From assembly GCA_051362555.1 (NCBI GenBank), contig CM120648.1, positions 19,712,587-19,776,586 of the forward strand: a stretch of DNA of 64,000 nt, given 5' to 3'. A program made the translations under genes and the position numbers. This DNA comes from Lingula anatina (taxonomy: Eukaryota > Animalia > Brachiopoda). Below are positions 50,095-62,211 of this stretch, one piece after another; the stretch's first letter is position 1, and each line of letters opens with the position of its first letter. Below the pieces are notes generated by a model. It made no database searches and was not told the origin of the DNA. It saw only the letters and a program-made list of their open reading frames with translations.

Positions 50095-50892
50095 GTTGAA
50101 TGATTTCTCATGTCCAGTTCTCAAACAAAGAGCATAGGCCTACCAGTGCGCGATAGCCTCTGCATCCCTAAGTGACCTTTTAATGTATTCCCGGCCTACT
50201 CCCCGTTCTATCAGTAGCATTGAGACCTATCATTATTAAACTATGAACATAACATTACTGATCAGGTCAGGTTAGTACATAAGATAACAAGTACGTGTGA
50301 GGTACGCTGGCTGGCAGGAGTCTTAAGTCGACAACACTAAGGGCTTGTACAGGGGGGGGGGGGTAAGACTGGGTCTGCTGTGTTAAATCCTATATAGGGC
50401 ACATTCAACTGAAACACTTATCATACATATTATATCTTTATTATGAATACTGCGGATATTAAGAGGACACGAGGCATTCACTTACACTTAACATTTAAAA
50501 GGCTAAATGAATAAGACTGAAGTAGCCAACACATGTGGCTAGAAACAAACGGTGGTATGTAAGTGTTTGGTGATCATCATGCACGTGTTGCGTACACACA
50601 GACACTTGTCTTGTGCGTTCTTGTTTATGTTCAGACAGGACAGGCGGTAATTAAGGGGATATGTATAGACAGTTCAAAATGAGAGAACGATGTTATACAC
50701 AGTCTCCAATCGTTTGATTTTGAAGAACTATAAACCTTTTTCAAATTCATAATAGAAGACTCGTGATCTTATATACCATCAAATATAATGTTTATTTTTA
50801 CCGTCCCGAATCCAAAATCGTGTCAGAACCCAACCCATAATTGTGATTATATTGATTAACTTTTCTTTGAATACATTCTGGCTCCGCAAAAA

Positions 50893-50941
<49 letters not shown>

Positions 50942-51022
50942 GTCACACGTGAATATTCTGTGTGCGACCTCTTACACTGACCGTTTATTACCATAGTCTT
51001 TTTTGTAATTCGTTTTGTTTTC

Positions 51023-51750
51023 GCCCCTGACGAGGCCTCAGGGGCCGGTTTCACAAAGCAGTAGTTAGTTAGCGATCGTAGTTAGCCTCTCGCTAGTTAT
51101 GAGTGCCGTTTCACAAAGCAATCGCTAGTTCTCTCGCTCGTTATTGTCTCGTTGTTACCTTGGATATTTAACGACTGGTCAGACCAGTCGCTAACTTAGA
51201 GTTTCATCGTACGCATGCGTAATGAGTGAAATAAAAAGGTTGCTTATTTACCGTTGTCTGTCGTTTGTCTTTGCATCCAATATGGCGGCTACTTTTCTTG
51301 CTTTCCGTACCGCCAGACGGCAACGTAGACTACGACGCTTTCATGAAAGGCAGAATCTATTAGAATATACACACGATGATGCAATTTACGAGAGGTTGCG
51401 CCTAGCTGTGACAAAAAGAGCGACAAAAAGGTGGTGGAGATCCTTTACGACGACCTCAAAGCAGACGTTCTTATGCATTTCCAGCCACCGAAAATTGGAG
51501 AGTTAGTGCTTTCGTGACACTTTTACGCAAGAGTTCCACTTCCGGAAGACGGTTTCGAGACTACGGTGAGTAACGAGAGAACTAACGACCGAACTTTACG
51601 ACTGAACTTAGCGATGAGTTAACGACTGCTTCGTGAAACACCCCTCGAAAATCGCTAAGTTTGCTCGTTAGCGAGGTAGTTCAGTAGTTAGTTGTTCTAA
51701 CTAACTACTGCTTTGTGAAACCGGCCCCAGGGCCGAAACGGCCGTAGGGC
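51023..51750 (+). ncRNA. Minimal type I hammerhead ribozyme split by a MITE
   Basis: Removing the insert and one TSD gives GCCC-CTGACGA-GGCC-TCAG-GGCC-GAAA-CGGCCG-TA-GGGC: full catalytic core, stems I and II, palindromic helix III, GUA cleavage triplet. Confidence 0.85.
51042..51727 (+). mobile_element. PIF/Harbinger-derived MITE
   Basis: TIRs GGGCCGGTTTCACAAAGCAGTAGTTAGTTAG; 3-bp TSD CAG; internal MAATFLAFRTARRQRRLRRFHERQNLLEYTHDDAIYERLRL resembles the N-terminus of Harbinger nucleases. Confidence 0.88.
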
Positions 51751-51799
51751 ATTTTTTTTAATAAAATGCAGAGGAAGGTCTGATTTGTTCACATCCTTG

Positions 51800-51860
<61 letters not shown>

Positions 51861-52339
51861 AATTAAAAAATAGATTTGCACACCTTTTGGAACATGAGTT
51901 AACGCAGTATTTCAAAATTATTATTTCAATAAAGTAGCTGTCGATAATTCCCATAACTCTAGCTCTGTTACTAATGAGAAATCAAATTTTGAATTTGATA
52001 ACAATAATGGTAAACAGCACCCCTCATAAGATAGGACTACTTTACATTCAAAAATAAGTTGTGTAATAGATTCTACCGCTTTCATACAAAAGTTACACAA
52101 TTTACTGCATCATAGACAAGGCTTACTAATACCTGTACATATGATGGCCCTACTCAAAAATCACCACAACAAATCACCGCTTCTTATTCACTGGTGACTG
52201 TTACTTACTAATATTACACACACACACACACACACACACAGTACACACACACACACACACACACACATACACACACACAGTACACACACACACACACACA
52301 CTTATATGTGTCCATCTGACAGCCGAAAAGCACTGTGTG

Positions 52340-52373
<34 letters not shown>

Positions 52374-52782
52374 CGACAACATAGATCACTGACGCTGTTG
52401 TGAATACAGTGTACCACTAGGAAATAATGGTGATGACGATCTAGAGGATGAACACCAAGAAAAGCAACATCATCTTGTAACAAAAAAGTGCTACATTTGT
52501 AAAATAAAACTAAAAAATCATGTCAGGGTTCTTGAAGAAGCTGTTTAATGGGGTTTGACATTATGTCACACTGTAAGTAAGTTAAACGAAGTTAGGGTAT
52601 AGTTTCAAATGCAGTTCTTTTCGGTCAATCATATTGGACACGTGTACTCAGTTCAGTTATGGACCAGGTGATGAATAGTTTGCTTCTTTCTCTCATTTGT
52701 AACAAAATTCAGGTCAAAACAAAGCTTCACAAGTCCTTGCGATATCATTTATTGTTTCTAGTAACAAACACAGTCATTGAAT

Positions 52783-55076
52783 TCATGCCGGAGTCAATGT
52801 TGTACTTGTAGACCCGTGCTTTGCTGGCTCAAGATCGTCATCATGATGAATTGCTGAAAAACAAGGAAAATGTACAGTATGAAATATTATGAATATATAT
52901 ATTATGATAGCCATCTTGCTGTTTAGAAAAACTATATAAAAGGATAGCACCAGTATTGAGAACACCAGTGGGATTGGTTAAGTGCAGTATTTCCTGTCAG
53001 CAATCAAATCCTCCGAAAGTAGAAATGTTTCCTCAAATGCAAATTGAGGACGCAAAGATATTTTTTGGTAGAAATATGAATCTTTTGAATAAATTCTCTC
53101 TCCATTCAATTCCAGATAAATCATTTATGCGTTCTACTAAAACAATAAATATTCATCATAATCCCTGTGTTGATCTTGTTTTTAGAATTCTTAAATTAGG
53201 CTCAAATGCATTTATAAAGATCAACTAAAATTACACATGTAAATATAAAACACCCACGCTTTCAGCAAAGCGCCTTCTTCAGGGACTGTTTAAGCATAAT
53301 TTTGACATTAAAGCCACCTACAGTCACAATCATCATCAAAATGGAAGGACCTCCTTAACTCTCGAGAATGCATAAATAAATATCCAAACAGCGCACCTGA
53401 AATTAAGAATACATGAGGCATGTTAGCTACATTATGATAGGCTCCAACAAACGTGCTAGTGGCATTATGATAGGCTCTTACAAACATGTTAGCGACATTA
53501 TAATAGGCTCTTACAAACATGTTAGCGACATTATGATAGGCTCTTACAAACATTATAATAGTCTTTTACGATCACTGGGAGGGTCTACAGTCTATCGGAT
53601 ATTTAGCTGCTATCCCCGATATTCAAACAGATCCAAAAATAAAAACAAGGCAGCAAAGCTGTCCAATACACAGACAGAAATCAGAAAATAATTCACAACA
53701 TTTTAATTTTAACAATAAACTATATAATTTCCAGAAAAATTGACAGGTTTTTCAATTGTAGCTGTATTTTAGTTCTATGTTACCTTTCTGTAAGTTTGAG
53801 AAGAGTAAGTGACATGGTTTTCCTTTAATGGTCACTATGGGGGCAGTGCCCACTTAATTTTTGATACAAAATTACATGATGCTTAACAGCATAATGACCA
53901 TCAATTTTAAATAATAAAATAAAAGTATCATGAATATTCAGAAAATGTGACATGGAAAGGTCTTCAAGGCCATGGAAGTTCAGAGTCACACCTTGAAAAT
54001 GAAAAAAATGTAAACTGTGATGAAATGAGTTTATTTCCATTTTCAACATCTTTTTACATAAAACAAAATAATAATTTTACTGTCATTTTAAATGATCAAA
54101 CAAGAAAATTGTTGACATAGGGAAAATATCAATATTAAATGTACATTGCTGCATTCTGAGATTCTGAACATGGTAAATGATTGAATCTGACAACCTGCTA
54201 TGATATGAGTTTATTTCCGTTTTTGACACTTTATTACACAATATGCAAAAAACAGGTTAACCATTATTTTTATGTCATCAACTAACAATATTTTTAAGAT
54301 GGAGAAAATGTCAAAGGAACGTGTCACTTGTGCATATCTAATTAGTTAAAAAAATGAGACTATTAACATCCCTAAGACTTACATCTGAGACAGAAAAAAA
54401 AAGCATAAATATATATAACTTTTGTAAAAATGGTTCGATTAAGCTGGTTGTTTTAAAACTCCACCTGTATTTAAGTAAGATTGTTCACTCCTGCACTCCT
54501 GTGAATTTCAAGACAATAAGCCAGTTTAAAACCTTTGGCCTGTGGAATTTATTTGAGTCATACAAGATACTAGATACTAGATACCAGATACTTATATGCA
54601 TTATTGGGAATCCACGCTTCCCCAAATAAATAAATCACTCCATCAACCATAAAATAGCTTTAAACTACTCATTTCTTTAACTTTTCGGTCATAAATTTAA
54701 CCTACTTGCCAGTATCTGACCTAATTATCTACACTCTTCATATACAACAGAGAAAGCTAGCAGCAAAATCTGTTCAAATATCATTTTTCGGTGAATATTA
54801 AGCAATGTCTTTTGGTAATTTCTTATTTATACTATTTGAAATTATCTGCTGGTATTAGGTTGGCTTTTGTGGCAAAAATTGACTTTGTATATGTATGCAT
54901 CTTTAGAAGTCTTTGCCTTCCTATAAATTGTGATGGTGCTTTGTAAGTTAATGTTTCATGAAATCTTTCCTAAGATACTTTGTATTGTGGTTGAAGGAAT
55001 CTGTGACGGAACAGATTTATATAAACAATACTTCAATATATATTGTATTTCTGGTCTTAAATTCCCCGTTGGTGTC

Positions 55077-55131
<55 letters not shown>

Positions 55132-55494
55132 GATTTTCTTTCTGCTTTCGTCATGATAGACGCAAACGCGGTGCTCTGTTCCTGCGCCAAACCTGATAAC
55201 CTTCCCCTTTACCGGCACTACCAATGTTGTCTACCTATATTTTCCATTCAAGTTTCGATCTGCTGTCGGGACCCACATCATGTTAAACCAGGCATGGTTC
55301 TTAGTAGTTCTATACATGTTACCACATAACAAGGACTGAACACATGCTGATATACACTGTAGATCCTGTGGCACAACCATCTGTATACATGCATTTATGC
55401 ATATTTTTATGTAACTGGGTGTTTATGTGAATCACTATCATTCAGTTCATGTACACTTTGGGTTAAAACACAAACTAATGCACACACGCACATA

Positions 55495-55540
<46 letters not shown>

Positions 55541-55541
55541 A

Positions 55542-55590
<49 letters not shown>

Positions 55591-55719
55591 GGGGAGTGAG
55601 AGAGAGAGCATTACAATCACCTGTCCTCTTCTTCACTGGAGCAGCTGGAAAAAATGTGATAAACATTTTATAAAACAAAATAACTGTTGAATCGCTTCAA
55701 GAGATTCCAGTCGAAACTT

Positions 55720-55802
<83 letters not shown>

Positions 55803-55870
55803 CACTTACCGGAAGATATCATAGCCAGGGTCAGGAGACAGGAGAGAATAATAACTGCAGTGACTTTCAT
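52783..55870 (-). CDS. Small secreted prepropeptide (~51 aa as minimally spliced)
   Basis: Exons 55870-55810 (MKVTAVIILSCLLTLAMISS, donor GTAAGT), 55644-55621 (24 nt, AAPVKKRT), 52853-52783 (AIHHDDDLEPAKHGSTSTTLTPA-stop); phase-1 junctions; AATAAA ~30 nt after the stop. Extra micro-exons are possible. Confidence 0.6.
53419..53556. repeat. 33-bp tandem repeat, ~4 copies
   Basis: Unit CATGTTAGCGACATTATGATAGGCTCTTACAAA. Confidence 0.85.
53808..54560 (-). mobile_element. Inverted diverged copy of the internal part of the Helentron-type element (homologous to ~6370-6976)
   Basis: For example GGTCTTCAAGGCCATGGAAGTTCAGAGTCACAC is the reverse complement of ~6783-6815. Confidence 0.75.
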
Positions 55871-56107
55871 CTTTATCTGATATTCAGAGTGCTGCATATG
55901 GAAACGTGGTACAAGATAAAATACACATCAACGTTTGCGTTACAGGCGACAGATGCAAACGGATTTTAAAAAAATGCTGGTGCACCTTAATGTAGTTTTC
56001 ATGTTTCCATACTGGTATATATTTGTCATTTGTTGGGAAGTTAGCTTCAGTATAGAAGGTCTTGTATTGTAAATGTTTCTGTGGTCCTCCAATATCTACT
56101 GCATGTT

Positions 56108-59100
56108 TATAACAACTGCCTTGTTGTCAGAACACGTGTTTATTAGAATCAGCCCACTGAGATACACAATGACCTCCCAGGTCAATACACACATCATATA
56201 GGTGGCGCGCTGCACAATATGTGACATCTCCCTTTTTATGAAGAAACAGGCACCGTACAAGACTTTAACTTTAAACTTTAACTTTGTTAGAAATAGTGGC
56301 TTGTGTGAACCATTCAAAGCAGTGCCTGACTAAAGAGCAACAGTGAAACATTAACTTCATTAACAAACTGCATAAATCACTGTTCAAAGTTTTCAATAAA
56401 CAACGTGCATAAAGTCACTGTTCAGTTTTCAATAAACAAACTTTCAATAAACAGTCTTTTCAAAACACACACAAAGTTTAACTTACTAGTCTACAAAATA
56501 CAACACCCAAAGGAATAACTGATTATAAGTGTCAATGTTCCTTCTGTTGATAAACTGTCAACTTTGTAACTCCAGACTAGTAACTTTTCACAGAAACATA
56601 GACACAGTTTAGGTTAATGAACCATGAAAGTACACATGCACTGAGATGTCATCAAAACAAACATAACAAAACAAAAGGCAGAGGTTGCTAGCACATGCCT
56701 TATTTATAGATTAAGCCTATCTGGAGGTTTACTAAGCCTTCCGGACCTGGTATATTTCTCACATTGAACTCCAGATTTCTCAGTGCTTTCCTGGTGTTTC
56801 TTTTGATGATATTTTTTAAGTGGCGACTCAGATTTACAGTCCTGATTGACTGGTGACTCGGGTTTACTTGTTTCATGGAGATAAGGTATTTCCTGCAAAT
56901 CATTGGAAAATTTGAAGTTCCCTTTTCTGAGGTGTCTTCTGTTCCTCCTGAATGAATGACCATTGTAGCTTACTACATAAGACCGAGGATGTGCGTCCCT
57001 CTTTACAACTGATGCGGGCTTCCATTCTCCCTGGCACTGAAGACCGACTGATTCTCCTGGAGTTAACTCGGGCAACTCCTTTGCTTTTCTGTCATATATT
57101 CTCTTGTACCTCTGCTGTTGTCTATGTAGCTGCTGCTTTGGAAACACTACTTGTGGTTCAAGTAGCTTGGTAGCTGTTGGAATCTTAGAACGTAAAGCTC
57201 TGCTCATTAGCATCTGGGCTGGGGAAAAATCCATTCCTGAGATTGGAGTATTACGATACTCCAGCAAGGCAATGTATGGATCTCTTCCATCACTCATGGC
57301 TTTCTTCAGGATTTTCTTAATAGTCTGAACTGTTCTCTCGCTCTGTCCATTTGACTGAGGATAGTGAGGACTCGAGGTATCCTGGTTTATTCCCCATTCT
57401 CTTGCGAAGTTTTTAAAGTCATAACTCCCAAATGGCATATTGTCAGAGACAATTGTCTCAGGAATTCCATGTCTAGCAAATATAGACTTTAAGTGTAGTA
57501 TCACGGTCTTGGCCGTTTTGTCCTCTAAGTAAGAAATCTCTGGGTATTTGGAATAATAATCTACCACAACCAGGTAGTCTTTACCCTTCAAAGTCATAAT
57601 GTCCGCTCCAACTTTCTCCCATGGCCTGTGTGGTATCGCGTGCGGAATCAAGGGCTCCTTTCCGTTGCTTGGACGAAATTTACTGCACACCGAGCACTGG
57701 GCAACTATCAATTCTATGTCCGCTGACATTCCTGGCCAGTATAGTGAAGATCTTGCCCTTGCTTTGCATTTGTCAGCACCCAAGTGGCTTTCATGAATTA
57801 GAGACAACATGTCTGATCGTAACTTGGCGGGAATTACGATGCGCTCTCCCCGAAGAACGAGGCCTTCTGCTATGTGTAACTCATCCCTTACATCCCAGTA
57901 GGGCTGGACGTTCACTGGCAGCTCAGACTTCCTGTCAGGCCAACCGCGTTTTATAACTGACTGAAGTCTTAGTAACGTGTAATCATCAGCAGTGGCTGCT
58001 TTAATCTCCTCCAGTTTGTCTGTAGAAGCAGGGAGACTGGTAACTAGGCTGTGTACCATAACTTCAATATCCTCTGGAGCACCACACTTGGACTCATCCT
58101 GAATATACGCTCTAGAAAGCGTATCAGCTACATGCATGTACTTTCCTTTTATGTATCGGACAGAAATGTTGTATCTTTGTAGCTGTAACATCATACGCTG
58201 CAGTCTTGGAGATGCCTTAACAATAGGCTTCTTCAGAATAATCTCCAATGGGCGGTGATCAGTGTGAATCTCCACTTCTTTGCCATACACATACTGGTGG
58301 AATTTTTCACAGGCAAAACAAATAGCTAGAAGCTCCTTTTCTATTTGAGAATAATTTTGTTCTGCTGAAGTAAGAGCTCTCGAGGCATATGCAACAGGTT
58401 TGTTTCGTTGGAGTAAGCATGAACCCAACCCACCTTGAGAGGCATCTGTTTGAATGGTGACTGGCTGTGTCACATCATAAAACTGCAGAACGGGCTGCTT
58501 GCTTAGAGCTTCCTTTACTTGCTGCATAGCATGATCCTGCTCTGGTCCCCAGTGCCATTCAATATCCTCTTTCAGCAGCAATCTGAGAGGAGCAGTTAGG
58601 CTTGACTCATTGGCTATATATGGTGACAGATATTTCACCATTCCCAAGAAACGCATCATTGAAGCTCTGTCTGTTGGCTGGGGCATGTTAATGATTGCAT
58701 CGACTTTGGCAGGATCAGGTTTAAGTCCTTCTTCAGATACAGTATGACCCATGTAGTTGACTGACTTCACTTTGAATTGGATTTTATCCTTGTTGAACTT
58801 GACATTCTGTTCACGTGCTCGCTGCATGACCTTATGAACTATACTATCATGCTCTGCCTCACTGCTACCTGCAATGATCATGTCGTCTGCTATGACGTGC
58901 ACCCCTGGAATGTCACCAAATGCTTCCTCATTACGCTTCTGCATCACTTCACTAGCAGAGGATATTCCGAAAGGCATGCGCTTAAATCTCTTTCGGCCCC
59001 ATGGGGTGTGGAAAGTGCAAAGATATGATGATTCTTCAGATAGTTTCACGTGCCAGTAACTATCCTTCATGTCAACAACTGTGAAGATGCATTTACCTGC

Positions 59101-60767
59101 TAGTCGGCTCTGAACATCAGCTGGCGTAGGTATCTCATATCTCTCACGCTTTATGGCCTGGTTGAGTGGCTTGGGATCGAGACATAGCCTAATGCTACCA
59201 TTGCGTTTCTCTGTAATCACTAAATTGTTCACCCAGTCAGTTGGTTTGTCAACACTTGCAATGACATCTTGCTTTTCTAGCTGAAAGAGAGCCTCCTTCA
59301 ACTTGTCATGCTTAGCAAAGGGTATCTTACGAGGAGCTTGCACCACTGGGGAAACACTTGGGTCAACAACAATATCATATTCTCTCTTATATTGTCCAAG
59401 TCCAGTAAAATTGTCACCATACTCACTCAATAGCTTGTCTTGGGTCAAAGGTACATTCGTAGACTGGACTATGTTCACAGGTACACGTTGTATAAGCCCT
59501 AGTGAAGCACATAACTGACGTCCAAGAATGGCTGAATAATCTCCTTCAGTCACATAGAAAGTAGCTGGCTGAGGCATAAGAGAGGGCTTGGTTGAGACTG
59601 ACAGCTGTGCTTGACCCACTGGTTTTATTGTAGCATTTCCAAATGCTGTCAGAACAGCTTTAGTGACACGGAGAGGTGTCTGGCATACTTGCTTATAGGT
59701 ACCCCATGGCAGCACATTGACATCAGCTCCAGTATCCAACTTAAATGTCACTGGCTTCTTGTTAATATACAGAGTCTCAGAATACTGCGTAGAACAATTG
59801 CTGCTTGTGAGACTGCCAACGAACAGCCTCTCACCTTCATCACTGCCAACAACCTCCGTGTCTAGCTGGTGTATCTTCTTTGATGATAATGGTTTCTTTC
59901 TGAAGCCTCCACCCAGACAAACAACGGCAAAATGATTTAACCCCGAACATTTCTTGCACTTCTTACCATAAGCTGGACATCGTTTCGGAAGGTGTGAAGT
60001 TCCACAGTACTTGCATTTAGATGTGACTTTGGCGATACGCTGTTTGCTCTTAATAGCATTGACTTCAGGTAAACTTGCCGGGACTGTCATGGCGGCCATT
60101 TGCGCTCTGCTTACTTCTGCTGCACGTGCAATGTCAAGCGCTTTTTCTAACGTAAGAGAGGTTTCCCTTAGCAATCTTTCTTTGACTTTAGGAGCCAATA
60201 CACCAAATACGAGTTTGTCTCTGATTAACAAGTCTTTTTGTTCACCAAACTCACATTTGTCGCTTTGCCTTCTCAGCTCCGTTATCCACGTGTCTACGGA
60301 TTCCCCTTCTTGCTGACTTCGGCTCCAGAATTGGTATCTCTCAAAAACTACATTGCGCCTGGGCTCACTGTACTGTCTAAATTTTGTCAAGACCGCGTCT
60401 ACATCTTGTTTCTGTGAGTCATCTTCAAAAGTGAACGTGTTAAAAATATCTTGCGCCTCCGGGCCTGCAGTGTGAAGCAAGATGGCGACTTGCGTCGCGC
60501 CAGACTTTTCTCCTAATTCGCATGCATTATAGTACACCTTGAATTGCTGCTCCCATTTACGCCAGTTTGTAGCCACATTTCCACTCTGGAAATTAACGTG
60601 TGCAGGTGGTTTCAAGGTTTCCATTGAGAATCCCGCTTCTAGACACCATATAACAACTGCCTTGTTGTCAGAACACGTGTTTATTAGAATCAGCCCACTG
60701 AGATACACAATGACCTCCCAGGTCAATACACACATCATATAGGTGGCGCGCTGCACAATATGTGACA
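56108..60767 (-). mobile_element. Full-length Mag-like Ty3/gypsy element with 119-bp LTRs
   Basis: Identical LTRs 56108-56226 and 60649-60767 (TG..TA); 5-bp TSD ATGTT; PBS TGGTGTCTAGAAGCGGGAT (tRNA-Leu-like); PPT AAAAAGGGAGA. Confidence 0.97.
56704..60624 (-). CDS. Single Gag-Pol polyprotein
   Basis: Probable start METLKPP after the PBS; double knuckle CKYCGTSH..C..CKKCSGLNH..C; DTGA protease; IADD RT; RNase H; HHCC/DDE integrase; no interruptions. Confidence 0.93.
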   Translation of the reverse strand: METLKPPAHVNFQSGNVATNWRKWEQQFKVYYNACELGEKSGATQVAILLHTAGPEAQDIFNTFTFEDDSQKQDVDAVLTKFRQYSEPRRNVVFERYQFWSRSQQEGESVDTWITELRRQSDKCEFGEQKDLLIRDKLVFGVLAPKVKERLLRETSLTLEKALDIARAAEVSRAQMAAMTVPASLPEVNAIKSKQRIAKVTSKCKYCGTSHLPKRCPAYGKKCKKCSGLNHFAVVCLGGGFRKKPLSSKKIHQLDTEVVGSDEGERLFVGSLTSSNCSTQYSETLYINKKPVTFKLDTGADVNVLPWGTYKQVCQTPLRVTKAVLTAFGNATIKPVGQAQLSVSTKPSLMPQPATFYVTEGDYSAILGRQLCASLGLIQRVPVNIVQSTNVPLTQDKLLSEYGDNFTGLGQYKREYDIVVDPSVSPVVQAPRKIPFAKHDKLKEALFQLEKQDVIASVDKPTDWVNNLVITEKRNGSIRLCLDPKPLNQAIKRERYEIPTPADVQSRLAGKCIFTVVDMKDSYWHVKLSEESSYLCTFHTPWGRKRFKRMPFGISSASEVMQKRNEEAFGDIPGVHVIADDMIIAGSSEAEHDSIVHKVMQRAREQNVKFNKDKIQFKVKSVNYMGHTVSEEGLKPDPAKVDAIINMPQPTDRASMMRFLGMVKYLSPYIANESSLTAPLRLLLKEDIEWHWGPEQDHAMQQVKEALSKQPVLQFYDVTQPVTIQTDASQGGLGSCLLQRNKPVAYASRALTSAEQNYSQIEKELLAICFACEKFHQYVYGKEVEIHTDHRPLEIILKKPIVKASPRLQRMMLQLQRYNISVRYIKGKYMHVADTLSRAYIQDESKCGAPEDIEVMVHSLVTSLPASTDKLEEIKAATADDYTLLRLQSVIKRGWPDRKSELPVNVQPYWDVRDELHIAEGLVLRGERIVIPAKLRSDMLSLIHESHLGADKCKARARSSLYWPGMSADIELIVAQCSVCSKFRPSNGKEPLIPHAIPHRPWEKVGADIMTLKGKDYLVVVDYYSKYPEISYLEDKTAKTVILHLKSIFARHGIPETIVSDNMPFGSYDFKNFAREWGINQDTSSPHYPQSNGQSERTVQTIKKILKKAMSDGRDPYIALLEYRNTPISGMDFSPAQMLMSRALRSKIPTATKLLEPQVVFPKQQLHRQQQRYKRIYDRKAKELPELTPGESVGLQCQGEWKPASVVKRDAHPRSYVVSYNGHSFRRNRRHLRKGNFKFSNDLQEIPYLHETSKPESPVNQDCKSESPLKKYHQKKHQESTEKSGVQCEKYTRSGRLSKPPDRLNL

Positions 60768-61091
60768 ATGTTGGCATAGTTGTGACACTACATTTTCAGT
60801 TCACTTTCACGGTCCACATTTCAGTCCGCTAAAAACTGGTTTTATTATTACAATGTGACTGTACCAATTTTGACACTACAGCCCCTTACACCATAAACCA
60901 TTTGGCCAAGAAGCAATCACTTTAAAAGGGAATATCAGTGAACAGTTCCACAGATTATCTATATTCCACAAACTCTATACTTATCTGGTGGCCGGCATGA
61001 AGAATAAATGTAATTTATAACGACAACAAAGATTACTGACACTGAGATGAAAACCACTAAGTACCTGCATCAAAAATAATATAAATTTGTT

Positions 61092-61152
<61 letters not shown>

Positions 61153-61266
61153 TGTTTCTGAAAAATTCTTCTAGGCCTGTTGTCCAATTCATCCCGTTGA
61201 ATATTTCAGTCTATGTATAGATTATTTCTCATAAGGTCTGTTGAGTATATAACATTACAGGCACAC

Positions 61267-62211
61267 AACTCGAAAGCATCGCGAATTGCGCCCGCACGCA
61301 AGTATAGCGACCAATCGCTATTTGCGACGGCGATTGTACTCACCTACCAACTCAAAGCCCTAGCAAACGCAACGCGATTATAGTAGCTTTCGAGGCTATA
61401 AACGCAACGCGATTATAGGCTCGAACGCTACTAAAATTCTATTGCCGCATAAAGTGAAGACGTCATAACATAATTACACACAATGTAATTTTATTTCAGA
61501 ATGATGCTTATCAAGACATTGTTTTAATTCATAGGAATATCACAATTACAAATATTTATGTTTGAAGTGTTTGACACCAATAAAATGTCAAAAACAATTC
61601 AATAAGCAAAGCGCACGTGTTTGGACTGATACAATTATTGATACATTGGTGAGAAGTGTTCAGTCTCACTTTAACAGACACTGAGGAAAGTCACGGTGTG
61701 ATGGAATTCTTTGTTTCTGCTTTTTCATTTTGTGAAGCAAATGACATTTTTAAACTTATGGTTATTATCAATAGACTACTCAAATGAATATTCATCAGAA
61801 GATATAAAATGATATATGAAATATTTAATTTTGAAAAGATATGCAGAATAAAACATGAATTTGGCATTCATCACGTGAAAGTTACGCAGGTTTTTTTTTT
61901 TTTTTTTTTTTTTTCAGAAGTACAGAGTGACTCATTCTTTTATAAGCTCTCATGTTTTGTAATATGCTATTAAGACTGGCAACCCAAACTTGCCGCCATT
62001 ATTAATTACACCAAAGACTCTATAAAAGGGAAATGTATGCATGCGCAAAGGCCATCATACGTAATGGGATTTACTCGTCACAAATAATAGCCTGTAAACT
62101 AAAGGTGATGTCGCTATTAGCGCTCGGTTGTGATTTGCGATGCTTTCGAGTTAAGGGATAGCGACAATCACCATACTTGTGCTCGGTCGCAATTTGCGAT
62201 GCTTTACAGTT
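61267..62211. mobile_element. Old MITE with imperfect ~44-bp TIRs
   Basis: AACTCGAAAGCATCGCGAATTGCG versus CGCAATTTGCGATGCTTTACAGTT, plus an inner partial copy at ~62135-62152. Confidence 0.5.

Larger units (their letters stand above)
50941..51802 (+). mobile_element. Penelope-like terminal-repeat fragment embedded in (TA)n
   Basis: Flanked by (TA)n on both sides; contains a minimal hammerhead followed by AATAAA, an arrangement known for Penelope-like elements; no ORF. Confidence 0.6.

Noticed and set aside
53250-53290. Minus-strand CCCTGAAGAAGGCGCTTTGCTGAAAGCGTGGG hammerhead-like motif
   Set aside because: Helix II is imperfect, helix III is not palindromic and the triplet is GUG; at most a decayed relic.
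55235-55380. Candidate extra exon of the peptide gene (DGCATGSTVYISMCSVLVMW-stop)
   Set aside because: Acceptor lacks a polypyrimidine tract; the exon at 52853 has a much stronger acceptor and a poly(A) signal.
60625-60777. N-terminal extension of the 1357-aa ORF through the LTR
   Set aside because: It starts outside the element and crosses the TSD and LTR; chance openness. The likely start is ATG 60624.
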